From IMG/VR virus record IMGVR_UViG_3300020045_003154, positions 1 through 48,320 of that record: a stretch of 48,320 nucleotides of DNA. The stretch is one strand, 5' to 3'. The position numbers and the translations under genes are program-made. Positions within the stretch are counted from its first letter, which is position 1, and each line of letters begins with the position of its first letter. Positions 10,527 to 19,897 of the stretch are shown here, piece by piece. The notes beneath the pieces are model-generated. The model worked only from the letters and a program-made list of their open reading frames with translations, had not been told where the DNA came from and did not search any database. This DNA comes from a virus. Taxonomy: Duplodnaviria > Caudoviricetes.

Positions 10527-11510
10527 TTATTTAAAACGTTTCTTTAAGTATTCAATATCAATGAACAGAGGGCTAAATCCTCCGTCTTCAACATTGTGCA
10601 TAACAACAATACCACGGTGATGTTTATTACCAGTAAAACCTTTATAAGACTCGTCGAAATCATAGCTTGCTCCGGCAATAATACTCCACTGCTGTACGCC
10701 AGTATGAAGGGTTCTGGTGGCTACGTCAAGCGTTTGCCGATGCCCTTGCACTACCGAACAGCCAGTGGACTTCAACACATTCAATGCCGAACCTCCCATT
10801 GGTTTCCCAGTCATCGGGTGTGGCCAGTAATGTATAAAGGTTACTCCACCAATAACAACAGGCTTCAGGAAATCTACTACTTCCCAACCAGAGTCTTCAT
10901 AGCGAAGCTCTTTGAGTCCAAGGAAACCTTCTAGCTCTGGATTAGCTTCTACGTGGCGGAGGATTCTCTCTTCGTGATTCCCCAGTGTAAGCGTCATCCG
11001 TGGCTTCCAACTTGGATCTTTTAGCTGTGCAGCCTTGATGGGTGACAGCAACCCGTTCATCCCGTTAATACTCGCCTGAATGTCCAGAGCTACACGCTTC
11101 CCTTCAGCAGACTTCTTACCCTTGTCATAGCTAGAAAGGCTAGGCATATCTGCGAAGTCTCCTGCACAAACAATCACATCAGGCTTTTTGTAGGCAATGT
11201 ACTCACCGATACAGCGAAGGTATTCCGTATCGGTATCAGGCTTCACTTGGCTATCTGGAATGTAGATAATCGTTGGGCCTTGTTTAGTTTGATCTGTGTT
11301 GATACGAACAATATCACTTTTCACAGGTTCTGTCCAGCGAAGCATTGGTTGCTCTGGTGTAGGAGATTTATAGGTAACTGTACGCTCAACCCCCTTATTA
11401 AGATAATCCCATACACTACTATAAGGAACATTCAGCAAACGAGAGATTTCTCGCGGGCCTTTTTCCTGTAGTGCGTATAGAGTTGCATCTACTTTCCACA
11501 AATCACTCAT
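10527..11510 (-). CDS. Calcineurin-like metallophosphoesterase with N-terminal HTH-like segment
   Basis: IPDSQ, GDFAD, GNHE, FIHY, QGHRQ motifs; GPREISRLLNVPYSSVWDYL HTH-like N-terminus. Confidence 0.85.
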   Translation of the reverse strand: MSDLWKVDATLYALQEKGPREISRLLNVPYSSVWDYLNKGVERTVTYKSPTPEQPMLRWTEPVKSDIVRINTDQTKQGPTIIYIPDSQVKPDTDTEYLRCIGEYIAYKKPDVIVCAGDFADMPSLSSYDKGKKSAEGKRVALDIQASINGMNGLLSPIKAAQLKDPSWKPRMTLTLGNHEERILRHVEANPELEGFLGLKELRYEDSGWEVVDFLKPVVIGGVTFIHYWPHPMTGKPMGGSALNVLKSTGCSVVQGHRQTLDVATRTLHTGVQQWSIIAGASYDFDESYKGFTGNKHHRGIVVMHNVEDGGFSPLFIDIEYLKKRFK

Positions 11511-11622
11511 TAAAGACCCTCCAGTTGTGCATCATACTGAGCAATCAGATCTGCCAAACAAGGAACACAATCGTCCAAGTAATCCAGCAACCCCTCATAA
11601 TATTCTAATTGTGTGTCAGTCA

Positions 11623-11799
11623 TCAATACCCCTCCGGCAATTCGCCACAATATGATTCTTTAGCCAACCCATAAATATCCCCGCTGGCAGGGCCAGAGTA
11701 TTCTCCAGCCTGCTTATAGAAGAAACGTAGGAATACAAGCTCCTTTGCCACTTCTCGGAAAATGTCAAGCTCTTCTGCTTCTAGGTTTGCACTAGCCAT
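11623..11799 (-). CDS. Small hypothetical protein (58 aa, not in ORF track)
   Basis: AAGGAG RBS then MASANLEAEELDIFREVAK...LPEGY*; downstream of the 11858-11886 promoter. Confidence 0.55.
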   Translation of the reverse strand: MASANLEAEELDIFREVAKELVFLRFFYKQAGEYSGPASGDIYGLAKESYCGELPEGY

Positions 11800-12363
11800 T
11801 TATTTCTCCTTTAAGTAATTCCGATAAGCCTCTGCACGAGCTTTGGCGTTAGGTGGCATTATACTTAGGTTGCAGGTGTTTGTCAAGATGTGTTTCTGTT
11901 TTTCTGCGTTGTTTTTAGAGAACTCAATGACAAGCTTCTCTACTTTAGCCTCTTCAAAGGAAACACCCTTCAATTGGGCAATGGAGTGAAGATTGTGGCA
12001 CCCCTTACAAATTAGTCTGAGATCCTCTTCAACAACCAACAGAAGCTTCTCCGCACAAGGCTGAATGTGCTCAATCTGTGTGAGGTGTGCTGTAGCCTCG
12101 TCTCGATGATCACACTGCATATCTTTAAGCGCATAATCATTCAGGCATATCTCGCAGGTTGCTCCCCATACAGTAGGCTTCTTCCCTTTAGGGTTTGGAT
12201 TAGGAATTTGCTTACGCATTTTGTTAATCAAAGTAATTTTCTGCGGTGCCCTGTTCCATCCCTTTCGGATAATACCCTTGATCCAAGAGAACACAGACGC
12301 GCGCGTTTTCCAGATGTGCGGATATTGCGCAACCATTTCGTCTATTTTATCAAGAGCCATCAT
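11800..12363 (-). CDS. Zn-binding HNH-like endonuclease
   Basis: CEIC...CDH...LICKGCH motifs. Confidence 0.7.
   Translation of the reverse strand: MMALDKIDEMVAQYPHIWKTRASVFSWIKGIIRKGWNRAPQKITLINKMRKQIPNPNPKGKKPTVWGATCEICLNDYALKDMQCDHRDEATAHLTQIEHIQPCAEKLLLVVEEDLRLICKGCHNLHSIAQLKGVSFEEAKVEKLVIEFSKNNAEKQKHILTNTCNLSIMPPNAKARAEAYRNYLKEK
11858..11886 (-). promoter_or_regulatory. Perfect sigma70 promoter inside a coding sequence
   Basis: TTGACA-17nt-TATAAT on minus strand. Confidence 0.85.
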
Positions 12364-13007
12364 TTCCCGTGCCTGTCTGTGTAGGGATACCCTTCCTCTC
12401 GCAACTCTTGTATCATGGCCTCTCTATGTGCTACAGCCCTTTCGAACGCCAATTCGCCAGAAAAACATTTAGAGTGCTCGATGCCGTCCTTTGTCCATTT
12501 TGCCAACCAATACCCGTCCTTTGGACCTTTACCAACTCCTGTATAACCAGAAGTGTTCCGAGCACTCATCTTCTTATTGAGTGTGTTTGTTGCCCTAGAC
12601 ACTACCCTTAGATTTTCTAGCCGGTTGTCCACTCTGTTCCCGTTTATGTGATCAATCTCATATCCGGGTGGAATTTTCCCTATCAGTTCTGTCCAGATAA
12701 GCCTGTGCAACTTTATCCTCTTCTGATCACGAACGACTTGTATGTATCCGTCTGCACTATTTACAAACTCGGGGGGATAGCAGATAGCCAGTTCTATAGT
12801 CGGCTTATTCCAGAAACCTGTTTTCACCCTCTTCTTTCTACCTGTGGGCGGGACATACTCTCCCTGATGTTCCTTTTTTAATTGCAGATGATCTTCCCAG
12901 CTTTGCGGGGCATCAACAAACAATTCAAACAACCAACCAGTTTTAGTCAACTCTTGGTACTGTTCCTCCGTTTGTATGCGCTCAAAATATATATCTAGTC
13001 CGAACAT
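12360..13007 (-). CDS. HNH-AP2 homing endonuclease
   Basis: LHRLIW..EIDHINGNRVDNRLENLRVV HNH; NTSGYTGV..WLAKW..SKCFS..AVAHR AP2-like domain. Confidence 0.9.
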   Translation of the reverse strand: MFGLDIYFERIQTEEQYQELTKTGWLFELFVDAPQSWEDHLQLKKEHQGEYVPPTGRKKRVKTGFWNKPTIELAICYPPEFVNSADGYIQVVRDQKRIKLHRLIWTELIGKIPPGYEIDHINGNRVDNRLENLRVVSRATNTLNKKMSARNTSGYTGVGKGPKDGYWLAKWTKDGIEHSKCFSGELAFERAVAHREAMIQELREEGYPYTDRHGK

Positions 13008-13017
13008 TCTTCCCCTC

Positions 13018-13332
13018 CTATTTAACTTTCAACAGCAGCACAGAGGCTGCAAGGAATGCTACACCAAGCCAGTTATACCTGTTCAGTTGCTCTGCAAGAA
13101 TATACGTGTTACCAATTCTCAGTATAACATTCATAAGTGAAAAACATGCCCCTGCAGCAAATAAACTTGGAGCATTCTTGAAGCCAACAAACAAGGCCCA
13201 CTGAGACAACATAATCGGAACAAAAATATATGGCAAGGCCGAATAGAATGTCTCATGCTGCCCTGCCCTGTATGTCCATTCAATGTAGCATATCGAGATA
13301 TTTGCACAAACAAGGGCAAGGAGCCAATTCAT
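13018..13332 (-). CDS. Small membrane protein (about 4 TM, SMR/DMT-like size)
   Basis: 104 aa, hydrophobic segments, C-terminal EQLNRYNWLGVAFLAASVLLL like DMT family. Confidence 0.55.
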   Translation of the reverse strand: MNWLLALVCANISICYIEWTYRAGQHETFYSALPYIFVPIMLSQWALFVGFKNAPSLFAAGACFSLMNVILRIGNTYILAEQLNRYNWLGVAFLAASVLLLKVK

Positions 13333-13333
13333 A

Positions 13334-13786
13334 TCAACCCTTCGCTTTCAGTTTCTCAAGCTCCAGCTCTCGCTGTGCGAAGAAAATAATCTTCTCCAAG
13401 TCGTACACACTATCAACGTAGCCCTTCTTAGCTTTGCCCTTCTTAGCTGCACAGATGCGCCAGATACCTTTGAAAATATTTCCTTCCGCAAATGACATCC
13501 CAAGAGCTTCGATTACATCTTGACACTCTACTACGTACTGTGTGCCGCCAGATACAGGGTTGACGACATCTACTTTGTAATAGCTGCTGGAGCCGCCTGT
13601 ATATTCTGGGACAGAAGCCTTTTCTAATTCGATTTGATGCTGATTAATAGCCCAAGTGTCCTTTTGTGCTTCCCAATATACCCAAGTGCAGTTGCTTGCA
13701 CCAATCTCCGTAATAATTCCCACTGACCCTTGCTCAATCCAATTTGTTGTTTCTGTGCACACAACTCTGTCGCCAACTTTAAACAT
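13334..13786 (-). CDS. DUF3310 / T7 gp1.7-like nucleotide kinase domain protein
   Basis: ECQDVIEALGMSFAEGNIFKGIWR..YDLEKIIFF motif; FKVGDRV N-terminal domain. Confidence 0.65.
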   Translation of the reverse strand: MFKVGDRVVCTETTNWIEQGSVGIITEIGASNCTWVYWEAQKDTWAINQHQIELEKASVPEYTGGSSSYYKVDVVNPVSGGTQYVVECQDVIEALGMSFAEGNIFKGIWRICAAKKGKAKKGYVDSVYDLEKIIFFAQRELELEKLKAKG

Positions 13787-13801
13787 ATCCTTCTCCTTAT
13801 C

Positions 13802-13999
13802 TTATTTAACAGCAATCTTACGAGCCAATTTCCTATTCCATTTATGAGCAATTTGATGCTCACGAAACGTATCTGGAAAAGAGCTTCCCCATTTATTTCC
13901 TACATAATCAGATTGCACCATCGTGTAGAAATCGTATTCTGTGGAGATTTCTTGGAAATAGTGTTGCTGACGGAGGAAGGTGAATTGGGAGGGGTTCAT
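13802..13999 (-). CDS. Hypothetical protein
   Basis: ORF coupled to neighbours. Confidence 0.5.
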   Translation of the reverse strand: MNPSQFTFLRQQHYFQEISTEYDFYTMVQSDYVGNKWGSSFPDTFREHQIAHKWNRKLARKIAVK

Positions 14000-14340
14000 T
14001 AGTGTACCTTGACAGTGTGGATAACGTCTGCTGGGTGTTTAGGGAATAGATTATTCCACGTCGCAAAGGCTTCTTCTACCCGTTTAGCAAATGTATCTAC
14101 AGGACGTGGCTTTAGCTCTACGCCCAGAACAAAGCCTCCGAAATCTGTATAGTAGTTTAGAATGTCTCCATCAAGATTAAACCGATTGTCATTGTATAGA
14201 AATTCCGATAGTCCGTCTTCATCAATCTCACGTTCCTCTTCGTCTATGAATCCGATGTTGTCACGAAGAAACTCTTCAGCCTCTCGTGAGTCTTCGAATT
14301 CTTTGCCTACGTAAAGTAATGGTGTGTAATCAATTCCCAT
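13999..14340 (-). CDS. Acidic hypothetical protein
   Basis: AAGGAG RBS; 113 aa. Confidence 0.65.
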   Translation of the reverse strand: MGIDYTPLLYVGKEFEDSREAEEFLRDNIGFIDEEEREIDEDGLSEFLYNDNRFNLDGDILNYYTDFGGFVLGVELKPRPVDTFAKRVEEAFATWNNLFPKHPADVIHTVKVH

Positions 14341-14351
14341 TTCAGTCTCCT

Positions 14352-15311
14352 TTAATAATCAATCTTCAATTTGGTTAGAACGTCTTTAACAATCACCCTG
14401 TCGTTTTCCCAACGTCTCATGTGACAGCAATCCGTGTAAAGCTGAAGCAACTCAGTAGCATCCTTGGTGTGCTCTACGCCGTCCCACGCCTTGTATGTGA
14501 TTGGCTCAGGATACCACAGTTTGTACTGACTGTAAACAGCCTGCCAGATTTCTTTATCTGTTTTCAGATCGTTCAATAGTTTATAGGCAGACTTCTCGCC
14601 GTACTTAATCCCACAAAGCTCAGTGGGCTTGAACCCGTCCGCCACGTCGCCCACAATCTGCTGGAAGGCAAACCATTTACGCCCTGTTCCCGTGACCTTC
14701 TTTACAGACTCCTGAAGTTCTCCAATACCAGAGATATAAATAGGCTCTGTCATCTTAGTCCAATCATAGACGTAGCCCATGTTGGACAGAGCATCTTTGT
14801 CAATACTTGATTGAACGATAATCCGACCTTCCTTAAAGCCAGTGTAGGCATACTCACAGAGAACATCGTCGGCTTCCACGCCCTCAGTGACCTCTGCTGC
14901 GTGGTGCTGTACAAGATACTCCCGCAACTCTTTCAGAAGCAAAGGCTTTGCGGCACCTTCTCGATTGCTTTTATAGCGTGTAGGCAGTGGCAAGTCCAAT
15001 CGGAAATTACCCTTCCCACTCATTACAATGTGATAGTTGTCCGTACCACAAGCTTCGCAGATTGAGTTGATCGTGGTCTTCACAGAATGCTTTGCAAATA
15101 CAACGCTCTCTGCTTCCTGTTTGTCTACAACATCAAAATCGAGAATAGTCCATTTAGATCCTTCAAGGCTTTTCTTAAACTCTGTGCGAGTATCAAACCC
15201 TTTCTCTCGCCCACTGTCTCGGTGGGTAACTACGATAGAGCGTTTCTCGCAAGCTGCTGCTGCACGATATGCGAGAATGTCTCCATCAATACATACAAGT
15301 TCAGCTTTCAT
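14352..15311 (-). CDS. 5'-3' exonuclease (T7 gp6 / FEN-like)
   Basis: IDGDILAY, NFR, YKSNR, EADD, SIDKD, GDVADG motifs. Confidence 0.9.
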   Translation of the reverse strand: MKAELVCIDGDILAYRAAAACEKRSIVVTHRDSGREKGFDTRTEFKKSLEGSKWTILDFDVVDKQEAESVVFAKHSVKTTINSICEACGTDNYHIVMSGKGNFRLDLPLPTRYKSNREGAAKPLLLKELREYLVQHHAAEVTEGVEADDVLCEYAYTGFKEGRIIVQSSIDKDALSNMGYVYDWTKMTEPIYISGIGELQESVKKVTGTGRKWFAFQQIVGDVADGFKPTELCGIKYGEKSAYKLLNDLKTDKEIWQAVYSQYKLWYPEPITYKAWDGVEHTKDATELLQLYTDCCHMRRWENDRVIVKDVLTKLKIDY

Positions 15312-15329
15312 ACAACTCCTTACAAGAAT

Positions 15330-15353
15330 AGCCCCTCCATTTCTGGAGGGGCT
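15330..15353 (-). terminator. Hairpin/terminator after ssb
   Basis: AGCCCCTCCA-GAAA-TGGAGGGGCT on minus strand. Confidence 0.75.
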
Positions 15354-15361
15354 TGTTTCAA

Positions 15362-16081
15362 TTACACCACGTAGCTCAAACGCCCACGGAAGGGGTTATT
15401 AAAAGGAATGTCGTCGTCTATGAAATCCACGTTAGCCTTCGGAGCCGCCTTCACAGGCTTTCCAGCAGCTTTAGGGGCTTCCTGTGCAGCAACTTCCTCA
15501 CGAGGCTTACGAGCCTGTGTAGCAGCCGCAGAAGGGGCTTCCTGACGCACTGGCTTGGCAGAGCCAAATTCTGCACCCGGGCCACCCGTACTCTTACTCT
15601 CGTACTCGATGAAACCTTCTTCGTCCAGAAGAACATTGGCGAGCTTTGCGAACGTACCGAAGTCGTTTGAGTTGATTCGATAACTCACCTTACCAAAACT
15701 ACCATTAGCAATCAGGCGAGACTTGGTAATATCTACACGCTCATCTGCTGTTTCCAAATACACCTTCGGAGCATACTCCGGGAAGAACTCTTCACCATCA
15801 ACTACGGCATCCTTCTTGAGCTTAATACTGTACAAGTTCTTTTCACCCTTGAAAGCAGACGGAACAGGAATCTTGTACTTAGCTTCAAAGTCCGCTGCCT
15901 TGATCTTCTTGGCAGGTTGCTTCTTGAATTGTTCATCCCAAGCATCTGCTTGATCTTCAGAGATGATTACTTCTACAGAATACTCAGTATCCTTAGACTG
16001 ATACTTGGAATCTGCCTGTGCAATCTTTGCATAGACGAGAGTACCTTCGATAACACCGTACTGCGCTTTTTCTTTAGCCAT
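15362..16081 (-). CDS. Single-stranded DNA-binding protein
   Basis: Between polymerase and exonuclease; LIANGS.GKV OB-like core; flexible tail with DFIDDDIPF. Confidence 0.75.
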   Translation of the reverse strand: MAKEKAQYGVIEGTLVYAKIAQADSKYQSKDTEYSVEVIISEDQADAWDEQFKKQPAKKIKAADFEAKYKIPVPSAFKGEKNLYSIKLKKDAVVDGEEFFPEYAPKVYLETADERVDITKSRLIANGSFGKVSYRINSNDFGTFAKLANVLLDEEGFIEYESKSTGGPGAEFGSAKPVRQEAPSAAATQARKPREEVAAQEAPKAAGKPVKAAPKANVDFIDDDIPFNNPFRGRLSYVV

Positions 16082-16166
16082 ACTAGTAGTTCCTCCTTAA
16101 GAGATTTGGTTATTGCACAGAGCCTCTTGGCTTCCGCTGTGCCGGATTACTTCTTCATGAACACGC

Positions 16167-16196
16167 ATTATACATCACCTTCTACTACCTTGTCAA
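16167..16196 (-). promoter_or_regulatory. sigma70 promoter for ssb
   Basis: TTGACA-18nt-TATAAT overlapping upstream stop codon. Confidence 0.8.
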
Positions 16197-16836
16197 GCAT
16201 TTCCTCTGAAGAATCTTCAGGAGGCTTAGGCTTCTTGTGGAGTCCGGATTTCCGATACGTCCTGCGACCCTTCATTGCCTTGTCCTTCGGTTGAGCTGGA
16301 ACAACATCATTCAGGAACTCCATTTCGCAGAGTGGAATCGACCAGTCTTGGAGAAATAACCATCTATCCTGCTCCGCCTTTATTTTCCAGATATTTTTCC
16401 TCAACTCTGCTGCCGTAAAGCTACTCTTGCCAATCTTGTGTAGATAATTGATAAGCACGTCAACATTGTACTGAATGACCACCCACCAATCTCCATAGGC
16501 CATCGGGACTCCTCTAGGCCAGTCTTTATTGAAATGTCTCCGATAGCTGAACACGAGCTTCAGATTGATCTTGATTCTGTCCAACCTGACATCCGAAACA
16601 GCATACTCAGATTGATGTATCAAACAATTCACGCACTCAAGTAAGATCATCGCATAGTCATTGTCATTGGCTTTGTGAAAGTGCTTGGTGACAGTCTTCG
16701 GGGCTTTGGTTGTGCCGCGTCTGAGCTTACTGAGGGCTAGTTGTTTTTTCAGCGGTAATCCATGATATATAGATGACGGATCATGGAATTCTATGTGTTT
16801 GGTGGGCGGGTCGTCTATTACGATTTCTTCTGTCAT
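16168..16836 (-). CDS. Hypothetical protein (basic)
   Basis: 222 aa ORF coupled to polymerase gene. Confidence 0.7.
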   Translation of the reverse strand: MTEEIVIDDPPTKHIEFHDPSSIYHGLPLKKQLALSKLRRGTTKAPKTVTKHFHKANDNDYAMILLECVNCLIHQSEYAVSDVRLDRIKINLKLVFSYRRHFNKDWPRGVPMAYGDWWVVIQYNVDVLINYLHKIGKSSFTAAELRKNIWKIKAEQDRWLFLQDWSIPLCEMEFLNDVVPAQPKDKAMKGRRTYRKSGLHKKPKPPEDSSEEMLDKVVEGDV

Positions 16837-18923
16837 TTTGTTCCTTTCAATGGATCAATAAGTTTTCTTGCTTCTGCAATGTAATAATCGTAGTTAATGT
16901 CCCAGTTGAATTCACTGATGTCATTACAGGGCATAACATCCCATTCACTATCAATGCTCAATCTACGCTCTCCCGCTTCTTCCTTGCCGGGCAATGGAGG
17001 CATTATCTTCACCAACTTACCACCCTTGTGTGATGGGTAGTAGCGGCAAATGTTCTGCAGCGACTGCTCTGTACCATCGTCGGCAACCAAAACAAGACGT
17101 GATTTACGATCAACCTTTGTACGAAGCATGAAGTCCCACTTGTTGTCGTGAGCACGAATGAATTCTTCAGCAGTTCCACGTTCGAGTAGTTCGTGCTCAA
17201 CAGCCATTGGAATAACCAATGAGGACATATTCTTGTTCCACCCAAGATCCTTATATTCGTAAGCCCCTTTACTCTTCAACTTACCATCAACATATTGGGC
17301 CACGTAGTTGTTAACGTCCCTGATGAACATCGCTGTGTATTCTGCATACTCCAATTCAAGACCAACTTCTTTCTGCCACTGAACACAGATTGCGTCATAC
17401 TCAGCTCGCTTGCTACGTGGTATCTTTACTGTAACCCCGTCTGTATTGCACTGAATCATCTGCATGTTATCAATAGTCATCAAACGCTCTGCTAACATGC
17501 ACAGAGAAAGTTGTCCATTGATAGTGATAGCCATTGTGTATTGTGGGTCATAGAATGGACTGAACTCATTATTAGAGTCCCCATACACTCCGTTAAGCGC
17601 CAACTTCATCACAGCATTCTCTGGACTACCTTTCGGATAAGTCTTTCGAGCCTCATACACATCCTTGTAAATCTTGCAAAAGGGCTTACCTAAATGTTCT
17701 GGATACACATTGTTTGCAATAGCAATGTTTGGATACATTGAACTCACATCTGCATCAACAATAATAAACTCATCATCGCTTCGCACGGTGCAACTTTCAA
17801 TGCTTCCATGAATACCTCCTGTACCAAAGTCAAATCGAAATCCGTTGATCTTCACATTCATCGTATCTGCAACTCGCCAACATTTCCAATAGCTCTTTGC
17901 GCCCTTCTTGCTTTTCAGATCAACTTCTTCGATCCAAGCTGTGGGATTCTCTCGCAATACCTCTTGCCACTCCGCGTATGATGGTTGTTGTGCAAATTTC
18001 TTACGCTTGGTTGTCATTTCAGCATAACGTGCTACATCACCAATCTTGGATTCAAGAATGTCACTAAATACACCCTTTGTCTCAGTGATAATTTGACTGT
18101 TAAACCACCCTTGTATCGCCTTAAATGCCGGTTGTTCAAACTTCAAGTATGGGAACAACACCTTACCAATCCCAATCTTATCACGCTTCGTCTGCTTAAT
18201 TTTACGCCCATACTTCGTTTTTGCGTAGCAACATCCGGGGATTGCCTTTTCCAAACGATTGATAAAGTATTCCTTGCCAATCTTTGTGTCATTGTGATTT
18301 GTGCAATCAAAACCAAACTTGTTACTGAGGTCGGCACGAAACCTAATTGCATCAATGGACTTGTTGTAAAACTGTAGCGTCTGCATCACATCGTGTTTGT
18401 TATACTCAATCAGAACGTCTTTTTCAGCATCGCTCAAAGACGTTCCAACGGGGTATGGCAAGTCCTCAATATTGTCACTACGCATATTGAACTCAAGCAT
18501 CTTCAGTGAGGTGCTGCGAGCCTTGTTGTCAAAGTGGTGGATCTTATACAAATCAACTTGGGGGATAAGAATATCAGCAGCTTTAACTGTAATACCAAAT
18601 CCATCCCCCTTATTTGAGTTGATCACTTTCATTGCATACTTATAAATCTCTTCAGCAGATGGTTGATCACCACGCTTGTAGCACTCGATGATTTCGTGCA
18701 GAACAGGGTAATCGAAGCCTAAATTGTTAAAACCAACCATCCGATGTTTAGCCTTCGCAACTTTACGAAGAAATTCAATCATCTGATCTATTTCATTTTT
18801 ACGATCACTGATTTCAAATACTCGGATGCCTGCCCCATTTGAATACACGGCGCATAGTGTAAAAATGTTGGGGTATGTTTCCTCATCAAAAATCCAGTCA
18901 CCTTCGATATAATTCTTAGTCAC
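16833..18923 (-). CDS. Family B-type DNA polymerase with 3'-5' exonuclease
   Basis: ExoI FDEET, ExoII GFNNLGFD, ExoIII YNKHD; DADVSSMYP, KLALNGVYG, NTDG polymerase motifs. Confidence 0.93.
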   Translation of the reverse strand: MTKNYIEGDWIFDEETYPNIFTLCAVYSNGAGIRVFEISDRKNEIDQMIEFLRKVAKAKHRMVGFNNLGFDYPVLHEIIECYKRGDQPSAEEIYKYAMKVINSNKGDGFGITVKAADILIPQVDLYKIHHFDNKARSTSLKMLEFNMRSDNIEDLPYPVGTSLSDAEKDVLIEYNKHDVMQTLQFYNKSIDAIRFRADLSNKFGFDCTNHNDTKIGKEYFINRLEKAIPGCCYAKTKYGRKIKQTKRDKIGIGKVLFPYLKFEQPAFKAIQGWFNSQIITETKGVFSDILESKIGDVARYAEMTTKRKKFAQQPSYAEWQEVLRENPTAWIEEVDLKSKKGAKSYWKCWRVADTMNVKINGFRFDFGTGGIHGSIESCTVRSDDEFIIVDADVSSMYPNIAIANNVYPEHLGKPFCKIYKDVYEARKTYPKGSPENAVMKLALNGVYGDSNNEFSPFYDPQYTMAITINGQLSLCMLAERLMTIDNMQMIQCNTDGVTVKIPRSKRAEYDAICVQWQKEVGLELEYAEYTAMFIRDVNNYVAQYVDGKLKSKGAYEYKDLGWNKNMSSLVIPMAVEHELLERGTAEEFIRAHDNKWDFMLRTKVDRKSRLVLVADDGTEQSLQNICRYYPSHKGGKLVKIMPPLPGKEEAGERRLSIDSEWDVMPCNDISEFNWDINYDYYIAEARKLIDPLKGTK

Positions 18924-18967
18924 ACACCCTCCCCATTATCAAAATCAATCCAACATTCTACCACACC

Positions 18968-19429
18968 TTAATCAATCCCGCTAAGATCTTCTTGAGGATA
19001 ACATTCAAACACCCTGCCATGCCACGTAATCGAGTCATCCTGTAATGTAATACGCGGAGCGATGGCCCTCAAAGCTTGATAGGCTTTCTCAGATAATACT
19101 ACATAAACCTCATCCTGAAACAAATCATTGAACAACTTTGGCAAGTCTTTGTGTCTTCGTGCATATGCAGAGGTTTCAATAATCTTGTTATTTTGTTCCT
19201 CTGTTGCGAGTAGCTGGACAAGCTCTTCCTGAAACATTTCCTCAAGACAAACCTCGTGGTAATAGTCTTCTTCGTACAATGTAGGCTCTTCGTGGAGAAT
19301 CTTCTCTCCGCATTGACAACACATTTTAGCGAAAATGAAGGAGTAATTCTCCTCTCCTTGCTTACTAAGTGCTTTGCTTACCATTACAGCATTAGTGTGT
19401 GGATTAACACTCGTATAACCCTTAGCCAT
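18968..19429 (-). CDS. Hypothetical protein with CxxC..HxxC
   Basis: GGAGG RBS; CCQCG...HEVC. Confidence 0.6.
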   Translation of the reverse strand: MAKGYTSVNPHTNAVMVSKALSKQGEENYSFIFAKMCCQCGEKILHEEPTLYEEDYYHEVCLEEMFQEELVQLLATEEQNNKIIETSAYARRHKDLPKLFNDLFQDEVYVVLSEKAYQALRAIAPRITLQDDSITWHGRVFECYPQEDLSGID

Positions 19430-19494
19430 TTAATCCTCCTTACACAAATTACGCTCAAACACATAAATCCCAAGAGCATCGCTCAAATAACGCT

Positions 19495-19683
19495 TCACTT
19501 CCTGTGCGCCTTCTTGATACGCCTCTTCCATCTCGTGCATCGTTCCGCAGGGATCGTCCTCATCCCGTCATAGACATACCCTCCAATAAAATCCTTCCGA
19601 AGAATAATCTCAAGGCGTTCCAGCAGAAGCTTCTCTGGTGTGTTAGGATCTTGGCGATTGTACAAATTAACAGGGGTATTCAT
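19495..19683 (-). CDS. Hypothetical protein
   Basis: ORF in operon. Confidence 0.5.
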   Translation of the reverse strand: MNTPVNLYNRQDPNTPEKLLLERLEIILRKDFIGGYVYDGMRTIPAERCTRWKRRIKKAHRK

Positions 19684-19684
19684 C

Positions 19685-19897
19685 TTATCGTTTTCCTTTC
19701 AGGGTAAATTCGGCGCCATTGTTGCATTTTACGAATAGACGCGTATTCGTAGGAGTTTCCCCTTCAATCCAAATCCGTGTAAGCCCTTCATTGCTGCCAC
19801 ATTTATCTTCCGCAGCGTTGAAGTCTTGCGGGTAGAGATTTACTCCGCAGGCGGATAGTAGGGTAACACAGAGGGCTAGTAGTGGCAAGTGTTTCAC
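19685..19897 (-). CDS. Small lipoprotein
   Basis: MKH + hydrophobic stretch + LSAC lipobox. Confidence 0.75.
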   Translation of the reverse strand: MKHLPLLALCVTLLSACGVNLYPQDFNAAEDKCGSNEGLTRIWIEGETPTNTRLFVKCNNGAEFTLKGKR

